A stretch of DNA of 64,000 bases from Takakia lepidozioides. Lineage: Eukaryota > Plantae > Bryophyta. Where the stretch lies: NCBI GenBank assembly GCA_030704615.1, contig CM060732.1:51398001-51462000 (forward strand). The letters run 5' to 3'. The notes under the pieces are model-generated. The model made no database searches and had not been told where the DNA came from. It saw nothing but the letters and a program-made list of their open reading frames with translations. Within the stretch, counting starts at the first letter, position 1, and every line of letters begins with the position of its first letter. The position numbers were made by a program, and so were the translations under genes. Below are positions 10,800 through 22,744 of this stretch, piece after piece.

Positions 10800-13700
10800 C
10801 TTGAGGGCTATAAGGAACTGCTTTGCCTTCAGTTTGAAGGACTTAGGAGCACTGAAGGGTCAAGAGATTCGAATTGAATTGGCTACTGACACGCCATCTT
10901 TCGGAGACCCTATAAATACAGTGACATGGAGAGGTCTTGATTCAGATGAGAACTCAGGACTTGGGAGGCTGGTTTGGTGGAGCTATCTGGGGGAGAGTAT
11001 GCTTCAGCCACAGTGATGCCAGCCAAGAAGGATGTCTATGGCAATTGGACGGAGAGACGTATGTGCGGTGATACCGGCCTGTAAATCGTCAGACCAAGTC
11101 CGATAGGTATGCATGCCGACACAGAGAGATCTTTTGATGCCATTGGGCATGCCAAGGTCTTAGCACGTTGGATTTACGATCCGGATATCACCAGTTGCCG
11201 ATCAAGGAGGCGGATAAGCAAAAGACGGCATTCTGGGGGATCAATGAGCACGGGAAGGATTGCCTATACCAGTGGCGGTTCTTACCATTTGGGCTTAAAA
11301 AGCGTTCCTGCTGAGTGTTCAAAGAGTCCATGGATAAGGATTCTTGCAGGGGTGGAGTTTGGCTCGGTGCTACATAGATGACATCATCATCTTTAGTGCT
11401 ACGGTGGAGGAGCATGAGAGACACTTCAGGGGGTATTTGAGCGCTTGAGGGCGCACGGATTGAAGTTACATCCGGGAAAGTGCAAGTTTTTCCACAAACC
11501 AGATTGAGTATCTGGGTCACATGATATATCCTGGAGGATTGGGGGTACAACAGATTAAGGTAGAGTCCATTGCACAGGTTCCACGCCCCACGGATGTGAG
11601 CCGAGTTCAAGCTTTCATGGGGTTAGCAAACTATTATAGACGGTTTGTTAAGGGATTTAGTGCCATTGCAAAGGCTCTAACCAAGCTGACCAAGGTGGAC
11701 CAGGAGTGGTAGTGGGAAGATGAGCAAGAACAAGCTTTTCAAGAGCTCAAGGCGAGGTTGACCTCGGCGCCCATCTTGAGACGACCTATCAGGGTGCGTC
11801 CTTTTCAGATGCATACAGATTGGAGCATGTTGGGGCTTGGAGCGGTGCTCACACAGGTGGATGATGAGGGAAGAGAGTTCGTAGTGGCTTATGCTAGCCG
11901 CTCGAACAACGTTGTAGAGTCTAAGTATAGCTCATATGAGGGAGAATGCTTAGCTGTAGTGTGGGCCGTGACACACTTCAGGTGCTATCTATACGGCAAT
12001 CTCTTCACCCTTGTCACGGATCACCAGCCACTCAAGTGGTTGATGGAGTCAGATAAGCTTATGGGGAAGCTTGCACGGTGGGCACTCATCCTTCAAGAGT
12101 ATGACTTTCAGGTGGTGCATCGACCGGGTTTGGTTAATCGCAATGCAGATGGGTTGAGTCGCAATCCATGCACGAGCCAGTAGGATGACATTGGAGCTCG
12201 GTGGCATGGTGAGACGAACGAGGAGATGGTGCCCGGATGGCATGCATCTGCATTTCTGTGTATCTTGGCATCGAAAGGCCAGGTTGGACCTGCAACAGGG
12301 ATGACTGTGGATCAAGTGTCTGAGGACCCTGAGGCCAGCAATGAGCAAGGTGGCGCCAAAGATATACATGAGGATTCAGCTGTGTTGGACTATCTTCGCA
12401 CTGGAGACACGGGAGCCACTGTGACTGCCAAGGAGAGGGATCGGATCCTACAACAAGCCAAGAGGTTCAAGTGGGAGGGGACACACCTGCCCCAAGTGTG
12501 GGAGGATGGTCGAGTGAGGATTGTGCCTCACCCAACACAGCGGGCACGGTTAGTGCGGCATGCCCATGAGGAGTTGGGGCATTTTGGGGTGCGACGCACT
12601 CATAGTCTACTGCAGGGGCAGTATTGGTGGCGTGGTATGCACACAGAGGTGCAACAATTTGTGGCTAGGTGCATGGTGTGTGACAGGGTGCGTGCTTCAT
12701 TCAACGTCCCTACTCCATAATTGCACCCTCTTCCGATCATGGGATTGGGCTACAGGTGGAGTCTTGACTTCGCAGGGCCGTTGCCACTGACCATGCGCCA
12801 CAACAAGTACGTGTTGGTGATGGTGGAGCACTTCTCCAAGTGGATTGAGTTGGTTCCATTGCCTGATAAGGCTAGTGAGGGAGCTGCGTATGCATTCTTG
12901 GATTGTGTGCTTAGCCGATTCGGTGCTCCAGCTGAAGTAATCACGGACCAAGGGAGAGAGTTCTTGGGGGAGCTTCAGGCTTTGTGTGACAAGGCCTTGA
13001 TAGACCACCGCACCACTTCTCGGATCATCCTGAGGCCGATGGCTTGGCAGAGAGAGTTGTTCAGACAGTAAAGAGGTTTTGCGCAAGTATGGCTTGCAGA
13101 AGGGACACCTAGGAGATTGGGACCTTCAGTTACCCTGGTTAGCCATGGGCTACAGGTTCAGCAAGCAAGCATCATTTACCTCCTTCTCACCATACTTTCT
13201 TCTCTTTGGCCGAGAGCCGGATTTGCCTACATCCATTCGCAGAGAAGCTTTTACAGTTCTTAATCTTGACGATCCGGACGTGTGGGGCACGTGCATATGA
13301 GCAGCGTGCAGAGTTGTTCAAGAAAGTCATGCCCATGGCTTTCGAGAACCTTGCCATTGCACAACACCGTGATACGTTGAGGTATGCTACCATACGTGGT
13401 GGGGGCTATCGTCCTGGGGTTTTGAGATTCAACCCTGGTGACTATGTCTATCTACACAGACTGCTCTTACGACCTTGGATGTGACTGCAGGACGTATTAT
13501 TTTGAGGGTTCGAGAGGTCTTGCCCTCAGGCGTCTTGGTCTTGGAGGGTCGGGATGGCATAACTTGGAAGGACCATGTGCGTAATTGTGCGCCATGTCAA
13601 CTTCCGAATGTCGATGGCAGGATTGACCCAAACCTGTCAGTGGTATCTGCAAGTTTGAGGTGCATGTTGTGTGGGTCTGCTGGAGGGGCAGCCACCATGC

Positions 13701-13804
13701 TGGTGTGTGATCGATGCTCTAGAGGTTGGCATATGGGATGCTTGACTCCACCTCTTGAGATGGTTCCGGATGGGGATTGGTTATGTCCACATTGCATTGG
13801 ATAG
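10800..13804 (+). pseudogene. pol: Pol: reverse transcriptase, RNase H, integrase (HHCC and DDE core), C-terminal PHD finger (copy 2)
   Basis: CYIDDIII at ~11370; RNase H MHTDWSMLGLGAVL...YEGECLAVVWAV...VTDHQPL; HEELGHFG...CMVC; WSLDFAGP...ITDQGREF; PHD 13661-13795 with all eight ligands. Gypsy domain order RT-RH-INT. Confidence 0.95.
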
Positions 13805-14051
13805 TGGGAGTGGATACAACCATGGAAGGCTAACAAGAAATGAAGGCCAAGCTACTAGGAGACCTTGAACACACGAGATCTTGGCTCAAGTTCACAGATT
13901 GCAAGACAGCGACTAACGATGGGGCTACTCTTGTACCCGGCCTCTTGGTCTATAGAGTTTGAGTACAATAGGGACAGTGATAGAGGACTTAGTACGGCTG
14001 TGGCTATTACATCTTGTAGCTATCTGGAGGTAGAGGGACCTATCCACCAGC

Positions 14052-14061
14052 TAGGGGGGCG
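14052..14061 (+). promoter_or_regulatory. Polypurine tract
   Basis: TAGGGGGGCG immediately before repeat B1; the same motif is at ~22046-22056 in copy 3. Confidence 0.8.
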
Positions 14062-14584
14062 TTGTGGCAGACTACTTTATTGTGCATATATGTTGGTGTG
14101 GTTTGGACCGACGTAGTTGTGTAGCGATACGTATGTGCACGACAGCTGTCAAGTTAATAAGCACAGGTGTGAAACAACTAGAATAAAGCTAGTTATTTGT
14201 ATTTAACACTTGGATTTAGGTCAAGTGTTAAATCAGGTGTCAAGTTTAGTTTGACACCTGAACCGTCTTATCTTCACGAGAGCGGCAGTCGCGCAGCTCA
14301 TCTCTCTCGAGTTGAGCCTGCGCGACCGAGCTCTTCATGCGTTTAGAAGCTGAGTGTGCTTATGATGGGAGGATAGGTTGTTGTGGGTGGAGTCCCCATA
14401 GCTTGGGGTGCCCCTGGCTCGACTTCTATTTAAAGAGTGATGCTGTGGATTCATGTTGTTTCTTTGTTGAACAGTGTGTTTCTAGTTTTGTCTATCATTG
14501 TGGCAGACTACTTTATTGTGCATATATGTGGTGGTGTGGTTTGGACAGCGATGTAGTTGTGTAGCGATACGTATGCGCACGACA
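14062..14584 (+). repeat. 3' terminal block B1 (14062-14144) - GC - A2 (14147-14497) - B2 (14498-14584)
   Basis: B1 and B2 are direct repeats; A2 matches A1; the B1/A2 junction is the palindrome GACAGCTGTC. Confidence 0.95.
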
Positions 14585-14588
14585 ACAT

Positions 14589-15052
14589 TCTTAAAGTGGA
14601 TTTGTTCTTACTGCAGGATGCCAAGTACTGCAGGAGGGACGTATACACCGCAGTTCATGGGCAGGAGGAACGTGCATTTTTTTGCCAGAGGGGATTTCAT
14701 GCCAGTCCAGAAAGGACTACATCCTCCTACTTATGCTGCCGGCTTGCTTCGGTGTCCATTAGGAGGTCTCTGAACCTAGTCGTGTACAGCAGATTGTTAG
14801 ACGGGCAGCCTCAAGAAATGAAGAAGGGAGGAGGCAGCAGCTATTAGAGCCCTCATGCTCGTAGATTTGTCTTGGATTCTGCTGATGAAATGGGGAAGAG
14901 GCAGAGGTTCCCAGGAGGTGAGGTGGACAGTCCCCCCACGGAGATGACGGAATTTTTGAAGGCAATAGTGGAACTGATGCATCACAGAGCTCGGAGGATG
15001 GGGGGGATGATGGGGATGAGGAGGAAGCGGGGCAAGTTCCTCGGAGGGTGTA
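14589..15052 (+). pseudogene. 3' part of the gene interrupted at 2870 (intron end plus acidic low-complexity exon)
   Basis: Contiguous with 2870 once the element and one ACAT are removed; acceptor TTCTTACTGCAG at ~14606-14617; acidic reading (SEDGGDDGDEEEAG). Confidence 0.45.
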
Positions 15053-17476
15053 GGAGAGTAGTGCCCATTCCGGCTATGACAGTTACGACACACTTGTATG
15101 AGATGTGGCTTACCACAAAATTTGCAATAAAATGTTGCTTTCTTGCTATGACGAGTCCACTGGTGCCACATTCCAACTTCATATGACCCATTTCCGTGAC
15201 CACAATGGTCCGCTCATGTTTTTTTTTCCCGCTCATGCTCATGCTGCTCATGAAATAGCAACCCCCCACCCAAGCCACTACCGTACTAGCACTAGTACCT
15301 GTGCCTGCCTTCAACCCTGTTGTGGAGTTCTTCTCGAAGAGTTGAGAGGGGCACTACCAAGGGGTGAGGACAGAGAAGTTGCGGAGCTTGCAGAGTTCCA
15401 ACGGAAACCGACTGAGAGCTTGAGGGAGGCTTTCACTCGCATGAGGCGCGATAAATGTAACCCAAGGGTTACGGAAGCTCAGGCAGTCCAATTCTGGTAT
15501 GGGATATTGGACAAGGAGCCGAGCGAAGGGTGCTGGATGCAACTCTCCTACAAGCGGCCCAACCCACCTTAAGCAAATGTGTTTTGCTGCAGGCGGATAG
15601 AGCTCACATGGTGGACCGAACGAGTGGTCATGGGGGGAATTGCTAAGGAATACACGGGGTAGTGGTCCTCCTGCCACCACTACTCCCGTGCTCAAAGCCC
15701 AAGGTTCCCGTGCTCAAAGCCCAAGGTGAAGGGATTGCCCAAAGGGAGGCAAAGGGCCGGCACATGCACAATCCTGCACAGTTGCAGTGTGGGCCTTGTG
15801 GCAAGCACGGGCATGGAGGGGCCCAGTGTTATGGTTTGCATCCTGAGTGCGCCAAGGAGGCCAGTTCCAAGGGAACAATGATGTGGCGGGGGCGAGGTGG
15901 AGCAGCCAGAGATGACGAGGTGGCCAGGCACAAGGTGCAGGCCAAGGACAGCTCAACATTGCCAAGGACGCGGAGGTCAGGGTGTTGACCAAGCATGGCC
16001 AACCAGCTTCAAACAGCTAGAGCAGAGCTCGCTGCCATGGCTAACAGCTCCGGTGGGTACCGGCCCCAAGGCCGGATGGTCCACCTCCTGCTCCTGATGG
16101 AGGAATATGGGAGGCATGCTGCAAGCCGTGACCCGAGGCGCAGCACGAGTTCTTGAGCCACGAGGTGCAGAGGTGGAGTTGGATCCCAGCTGGGGGAAGC
16201 AAGCCGTTCAAGCCAGGCGTCCTTAGTCATTCACATTGGCGGAGACACTGTCGACGCCAATCCATGACACCTAGTTCCTCGCCCGACTGTTACCGAGGCG
16301 GAGGTTACTATACATGTGGGGAGCTGGGGAAGCAAGCCGTCAAGCCAGGCTTCCTTAGTCATTCACATTGGCGGAGACACTGTCGACGCCATCCATGACA
16401 CCTAGTTCTCGCCCGACTGTTACCGAGGCGGAGGTTACTATACCATTGGGGAGAGCTACACGGCAGCACCACTACCTAGTGTTGCCAAGGCTATGGCAGC
16501 TAGTGTGCTGCTGGGAGTGGCTGGCAGCTACACTCTGTGAGAGTGGGGAGGTTACTTCATCTTCTGCGGAGATAGTGGAGGTTGTAGTGCCGGAGGGATC
16601 CTTGGATATGAGGGTCAAGACTGCCACGGCGGCGCCATGGGAAGTTGCAGCTGCCAGCTAGGCCAGCCATTGAGCACGCCATGGTGACACCTGGTCATGT
16701 TAGACAACCAGGATGACATTTTTTGTTGAGTGGACCGGCAGGCAAGAGGGTACCGGCCACTGCGGTCTTGTTGGACTCGGGAGCTCAGCCATGATGTTGG
16801 GCAGAGCTGCTATTGCAGGCTTGGGCCTCACGGAGGCGGATATGGAGCCTTGTCCTTTCCAGATACAAGCGTCTCTGGGAGGATCGGAGCAGGCTTGAGG
16901 CATGACACGGCGTGAGTTGGCTATTAGACTACGGCCGGATCACCCTACAGATGCTCAGTGATGCGAGCCAAGGCCATTGTGACAGACGTGGTCTCATACG
17001 ATGTCCTGGTTGGTGGGGCAGTGTTGTACCCCATGGGCTTCACCCTGGATTTTTGGGAGAAGTTAGCTTCCTATAGGCCTGGATGGCAGTCAGGGGAAGG
17101 CCGGGCGTGTGATGCCAGCTCTATGTTGCGTAGGATAGGAGTGGCGGTTGCCCAGCGGGGGCAAGTTTGCCGACACTAGCAGCATTCACAGCTGTAGTGA
17201 CTTGGCCTGGAGAGTTGCTAGAGGCAACGCTCATTCAGAGGATGACACACCTCCCGGAGAGCAGGATGACATATATGGTATGGCGGAGTTTCCTGCCATG
17301 GTTGCTCAGACTCCATTGTGGGGCACGAGCAAGGATTTGTAGCGGGTTGCTGATCGACGGGTGCAACAAGCCTGGGTGGAGGCTTTTGTACCATCAGGAG
17401 AGGAGGAGAGTGCGGGGATTGCACCAGGACCACCTTAATTGTCACCATTGGATACCACATCTATTGTGTGGCAGTA

Positions 17477-18450
17477 TCGGATGAAGACATTTGTCTTTTA
17501 GACTTGTTTGGCGGGATCAGCACTGGATTGCGTTGCTGTGTTATAGGCAGGTGTACGAGTTCGGCGTTACCTGTAGTAGTGGAGAAGGATGAACTGCACG
17601 ACGCGTTTCACTTCGCCATGTTGCTCAGTTGGTGCAGCAGTACCCTGAGTTGTTGCCGGTGTCTGCAGTTCGTGGATATCAGCAGGCCTTGCTAGTAGAC
17701 ATTTCGGTGCTGGGGGCGCAGGATTTGGAGTGGGTTGGCTCCATTCATCTGGTAGTGGCAGGTTGGCCCTGCCAAGGGCATTCATCAGCCGGGCATGACA
17801 ATGGATTGCGAGACTCGAGGTCGGGTCTGTTTTGGGAGATGGTGCGGGTTTTGCGCCACTTGCAGCTTCATCAAGCTGTATCTCCAGCATACATCTTGGA
17901 GAATGTGCCACTGATGGGCGATTCTCAGGCCAGGGTGATGGCCAGTGTGCATCAAGTCCGGTCGTGGCTTGGGTCAGCAGTGTTGCTAAATGCAGCTACA
18001 GTGGGGTCACGGGCTCATCGTCCACGGCTATGGTGGACTAACTTGATGCCACCCGCATTGCTCAAGCGTGCATTTGATGGGGTGCAGCGGCCAACACACC
18101 TCACAGTGGATAGCATTTTGGATACAGGGAGGCAGTCTCAGCGTGTGAGACACGATGACCGTTCACCTTTGGCAGTGGTCAACAGGGTGGGTCAACCACG
18201 AGCAACATTACCTACACCGCTCAGCTTCCCAGGATTGCATGCTATGTGGATAGGTGAGTTGGCCTCCTGTGGGATGATCAGTTGCAGCAGTTAGTGGAGC
18301 CTAATGCTGACGAACGTGAGCGGGCGATGGGTTTTACCACTGGTACCACGGCGGTGTCGTCTCTTTCTGAGGCATCACGTCGTCAGGTGTTGAGGCAAGC
18401 AATGGATCTCGATTGCTTGACCTGGATTATCAACTTGGCTATAGCTGAGC
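17477..18450 (+). pseudogene. DNMT3-like C5 cytosine DNA methyltransferase domain (copy 3)
   Basis: LLDLFGGISTG; intact catalytic VAGWPCQGHSSAG; GLFWEMVRVL; YILENV; RAHRPRLWWTN; ERERAMGF; RRQVLRQAMDL. ORF 17629-18294 covers motifs IV-VIII. Confidence 0.94.
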
Positions 18451-18869
18451 AACACAGAGTGCGGAGTACACTTCCCTCGATGGTCTCTCTGCCTACCGAG
18501 ATGGTACAGGCAGTGAGTGGGGACGAGCATGTGAGGACCACATGGTGCACGCATCCATGGCACACGTGGGAGGTGCTCGAGGTTCAGAGGGAGTTGGTAG
18601 CCAAGGTGGCGGTGATGGATGAGGTTGGGGATTTTTCTCGGGTGGAGGAAGTCCTTGAGGATGAGATGATGGGGCAGGATGAGGCCTTGTCACTGACTGA
18701 GCAGGTAGGGAGTATTGCTCAAGAGGTTGCAACATAACAACCAGTGGAGGCGTCCTCTACCTCTAAGCCCACTGGACTTAAGGTTGTAGTTACGGAGGAC
18801 AATTGGGAGCCTGACATTGGACCCATTGTCACCGGAGGAGAGAGATGACGTATACGGCGGTTCCTGAGG

Positions 18870-21790
18870 GCTTACAGGAATTGCTTTGCCTTCAGTTTGA
18901 AGGACTTGGGAGCACTGAAGGGTCAAGAGATCTGTATTGAGTTGGCCACTGACACGCCAATCTTTCAGAGACCCTATAGATACAGTGACATGGAGAGGTC
19001 TTTGATTCAGATGAGGACTCAAGATCTCTGGGAGGCAGGTTTGGTGGAGCTCTCTGGTGGAGAGTATGCTTCAGCCACAGTGATGCCAGCCAAGAATGAT
19101 GTCTATGGCAATTGGACGGAGAGATGTATGTGCGGTGATTACCGGCATGTAAATCGACAGACCAAGTCCGATAAATATGCCATGCCCACACCGGAGGAGA
19201 TCTTTGATGCCATTGGGCATGCTAAGGTCTTTAGCAATTTGGATTTATGATCCGGATATCACCAGTTGCCGATCAACGAGGTGGACAAGCAGAAGACGAC
19301 ATTATGGGGGATCAATGAGCACGGCAAGGATTGCCTATATCAGTGGCAGTTCTTACCATTTGGGCTTAAGAACGCTCCTGCTGAGTTTCAAAGAGTCATG
19401 GATAGGATTCTAGCAGGAGTGGACTTTGCTCGGTGCTACATAGATGACATCATCATCTTAGTGCTATAGTGGAGGAGCACGAGAGACACCTTCAGGTGGT
19501 ATTGGAGCGCTTGAGAGCGCACGGATTGAAGTTGCACCCGGGAAGTGCAAGTTTTTCCACAACCAGATTCCACGCCCCACGGATTGAACCGAGTTCGAGT
19601 TCAGCTTTCATGGGGTTGGCAAACTATTATAGACGGTTTGTCAAGGGATTTAGTGCCATTACAAAGGCTCTAACCAAGCTGACCAAGGTGGACCAAGAGT
19701 GGCAGTGGGAAGATGAGCAGGAACGAGCTTTTCAAGAGCTCAAGGCGAGGTTGACCTCGGCGCCTATCCTGAGACGACCTATCAGGGGGCGTCCCTTTCA
19801 GCTGCATACGGATTGAAGCATGCTGGGGCTTGGAGCGGTGCTCACACAGGTGGATGATAAGGGAAGAGAGTTCGTAGTGGCTTATGCTAGCGGCTCGAAC
19901 AACGCAGAGGCTAAGTATAGCTCATATGTGGGAGAGTGCTTAGCTGCAGTGTGGGCCGTGGCACACTTCAGGTGCTATCTATATGGAAATCTCTTCACCC
20001 TTGTCACGGATCACCAGCCACTCAAGTGGTTGATGGAGTCAGACAAGCTTACGGGGAAGCTTGCACGGCGGGCACTCATACTCCAAGAGTATGACTTTTA
20101 GGTTGTGCATCGACCAGGTTTGGTCAATCGGGATGCGGATGGATTGAGTCGCAATCCATGCACGAGCCAGCAGGATGACACTGGAGCTCGGTGGCATGGT
20201 GAGACGGACGAGGAGATGGTGCCAGGATGGCACGCATCTGCATTTTTGTGTATCTTGGCATCGGGAGGTCAAGTTGGACCTACAACAGAGATGACTATAG
20301 ACGGAGTGTCTAAGGACCCTGAGACTAGTGATGAGCCAGGTGGTGCCAAAGATATACATGAGGATTCGGCTGTGTTGGAATACCTCTGCACAGGAGACAC
20401 GGCAGCCACTGTGACTGCCAAGGAGAGGGATCGGATCCCACAACGAGCCAAGAGGTTCAAGTGGGATAGGATACACCTGCTTTGAGTGTGGGAGGATGGT
20501 CGGGTGAGGATCGTGCCTCACCCAACATAGCGTGCACGGTTAGTGCGGCATGCCCATGAGGAGTTGGGGCATTTTGGAGTGCGACGCACTCACAGTTTAC
20601 TGCAGGGGCAGTATTGGTGGCGTGGTATGCATACAGAGGTGCAATAGTTCGTGGCTAGGTGCATGGTGTGTGACAGGGTGCGTGCTTCATTCAACTCCCC
20701 TACACCACAGTTGCATCCTTTACCAATCATGGGGTTGGGCTACAGGTGGAGTCTTGACTTCGCAGGACCGTTGCCACAGACTATGCGCTACCACAGATAT
20801 GTGTTGGTGATAGTGGAGCACTTCTCCAAGTGGATTGAGTTGGTTCCATTGCCTGACAAGGCTAGTGAGGGGGCTGCGTATGCATTCTTGGATCGTGTGC
20901 TTAGCCGATTCGGTGCTCCAGCTGAGATACTCACGGACCAAGGGAGAGAGTTCTTGGGGGAATTTCAGGCTTTGTGTGATAAAGCCTTGATAGACCACCA
21001 CACCACTTCTCGGGATCATCCTGAGGCCGATGGCTTGGCAGAGAGAGTTGTTCAGACGGTGAAGAGGGGTTTGCGCAAGTATGGCTTGTAGAAGGGACAC
21101 CTAGGAGATTGGGATCTTCAGGTGTCTTGGTTAGCCATGGGCTACAGGTTCAGCAAACAAACATCACTTGCCTCCTTCTCACCATATCTCCTTCTCTTTG
21201 GCCGAGAGCCGGATTTGCCTGCAGCCATTCGTAGGGACACTGCTCAAGTCTTTAACCTTGACGATCCGGACGTGTAGGTATGTGCATGTGATCAGCGTGC
21301 AGAGTTGTTCAAAGAAAGTCATGCCCATCGCTTTTGAGAACCTTGCCATTGCACAGCACCGTGATACGTTGAGGTATGTCACTATACGTGGTAGAAGATA
21401 TCGTCCTAGGGTTCGGAGGTTTAGCCCTGGTGACTATGTTTATTTGCAGCAGACTGCTTCTACGACCCTGGATGTCACTGCAGGACGTGTTATTTTGAGG
21501 GTTCGAGAGGTGTTGCCCTCAGGAGTCCTGATCTTGGAGGGTCGGGATGGTATGACTTGGAAAGACCATGTGCGTAATTGTGCGCCATGTCACCTTCCCA
21601 ATGTCGATGGCAGAGTTGATCCAAACTTGGCAGTGGTACCTGCAGGTTTGAGGTGCATGCTCTATAGGTCTGCCAAAAGGGTAGCCACCATGCTGGTGTG
21701 TGATCGATGCTCAAGAGGTTGGCATATGGGATGCTTGACACCACCTCTTGAGAGGATTCCTGATGGAGATTAGTTATGTCCACACTGCTT
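18870..21790 (+). pseudogene. pol: Pol RT-RNase H-integrase-PHD (copy 3)
   Basis: MCGDYRHVN, LPFGLKNAPAEFQ, CYIDDIII, RNase H, integrase core ...HPEADGLAERVVQTVK, degenerate PHD at 21654-21788. Confidence 0.95.
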
Positions 21791-22056
21791 GGGATAGTGG
21801 CAGTGGACATGACTAGAGGCAGCTAACAAGACATGGGAGGCCAAGCTCATAGGAGTCAATACACGAGATCTCAGGCTCAAGTTCACAGGTTGCAAGACGA
21901 CGAGTAACGATGGGGCAACTCTTGCACCCGGCCTCTTGATCTATCGAGTTTGAGTGTAGTAGGGACAGTGGTGGCGGACTTAGTGAGGCTATGGTCACTA
22001 TCACATCTTGTGGCTACCTGGACTTAGAGGGACCTAAGCACCAGCTAGGGGGGCGA

Positions 22057-22740
22057 TTGTGTGGACTAGTGACTGCCATAGTGGGCAACATAGTGGCAGC
22101 CTAGTGACTGACTAGTTGTAGCCTAGTGGTTGGACTAGTGGCTGGACTAGTGGTATACTAGTGTGTGGTATGCACATGTGTTGTGTGGTTTTGGACAGCG
22201 ATGTAGTTGTGTAGCGATATGTATGCGTACGACAGCTGTCGAGTTATTTTACCACTAGTGTGAAACTAGCTAGGAAATAGCTAGCTTTTACATATTGACA
22301 TTTGGGATTGGCCCAAGTGTCAATCCAGGGGTCAAGGCAAATTTAGGCCCTGGAGTGGTTATCTTCACGGCAAGCGCGGGAGACTCATCTTTCTCGAGTT
22401 GAGCCTCACCGCGCCTGGCTATGGCGCCGTAGTGTGGATTCCCCATGGCGTGGGGTGCACTTGGCTTGACTTGTATTTGAGTGATGAGTTTATATATGCA
22501 TGAGTTTATGCTTCAGGTTTGTGAGCTCGCATGAGCTTGTGCTTGTATTCTTCTTCTTTATCATTGTGTGGACTAGTGACTGCCATAGTGGGCAACATAG
22601 TGGCAGCCTAGTGACTGACTAGTTGTAGCCTAGTGGTTGGACTAGTGGTGGACTAGTGGTATACTAGTGTGTGGTGTGCACATGTGTTGTGTGGTTTTGG
22701 ATAGCGATGTAGTTGTGTAGCGATATGTATGCGCACGACA
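22057..22740 (+). repeat. 3' terminal block B1 (22057-22234) - GC - A2 (22237-22563) - B2 (22564-22740) of copy 3
   Basis: Same architecture as copy 2 despite diverged A and longer B (B carries ACTAGTG-type micro-repeats); junction GACAGCTGTC conserved. Confidence 0.95.
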
Positions 22741-22744
22741 AAGA

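Larger units (their letters stand above)
2871..14584 (+). mobile_element. Complete DNMT-encoding Ty3/Gypsy retrotransposon with split direct repeats (A...B-A-B), copy 2
   Basis: Starts TGTC at 2871 and ends GACA at 14584, flanked by the 4-bp duplication ACAT (2867-2870, 14585-14588). Contains gag, protease, DNMT, RT, RNase H, integrase and PHD, a PPT at ~14052-14061 and repeats A1/A2 and B1/B2. Confidence 0.95.
15280..22740 (+). mobile_element. DNMT-Gypsy family copy 3 (second subfamily), 5'-truncated within gag, intact 3' end
   Basis: gag-protease-DNMT-RT-RH-INT-PHD homologous to copy 2; ~130-bp internal tandem duplication at ~16192-16443; deletion at ~19570; ends GCACGACA at 22740. Confidence 0.95.

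Noticed and set aside
2871-14584. Classification as a DIRS/Ngaro/PAT tyrosine-recombinase element because of the split repeats
   Set aside because: It encodes an aspartic protease and a DDE integrase, has a PPT and a 4-bp TSD, and I see no tyrosine recombinase ORF.
14062-14584. B-A-B end explained as a nested insertion or assembly duplication
   Set aside because: The same architecture appears in a diverged copy (22057-22740), the TSD brackets A1 and B2, and copy 4 independently starts at A.
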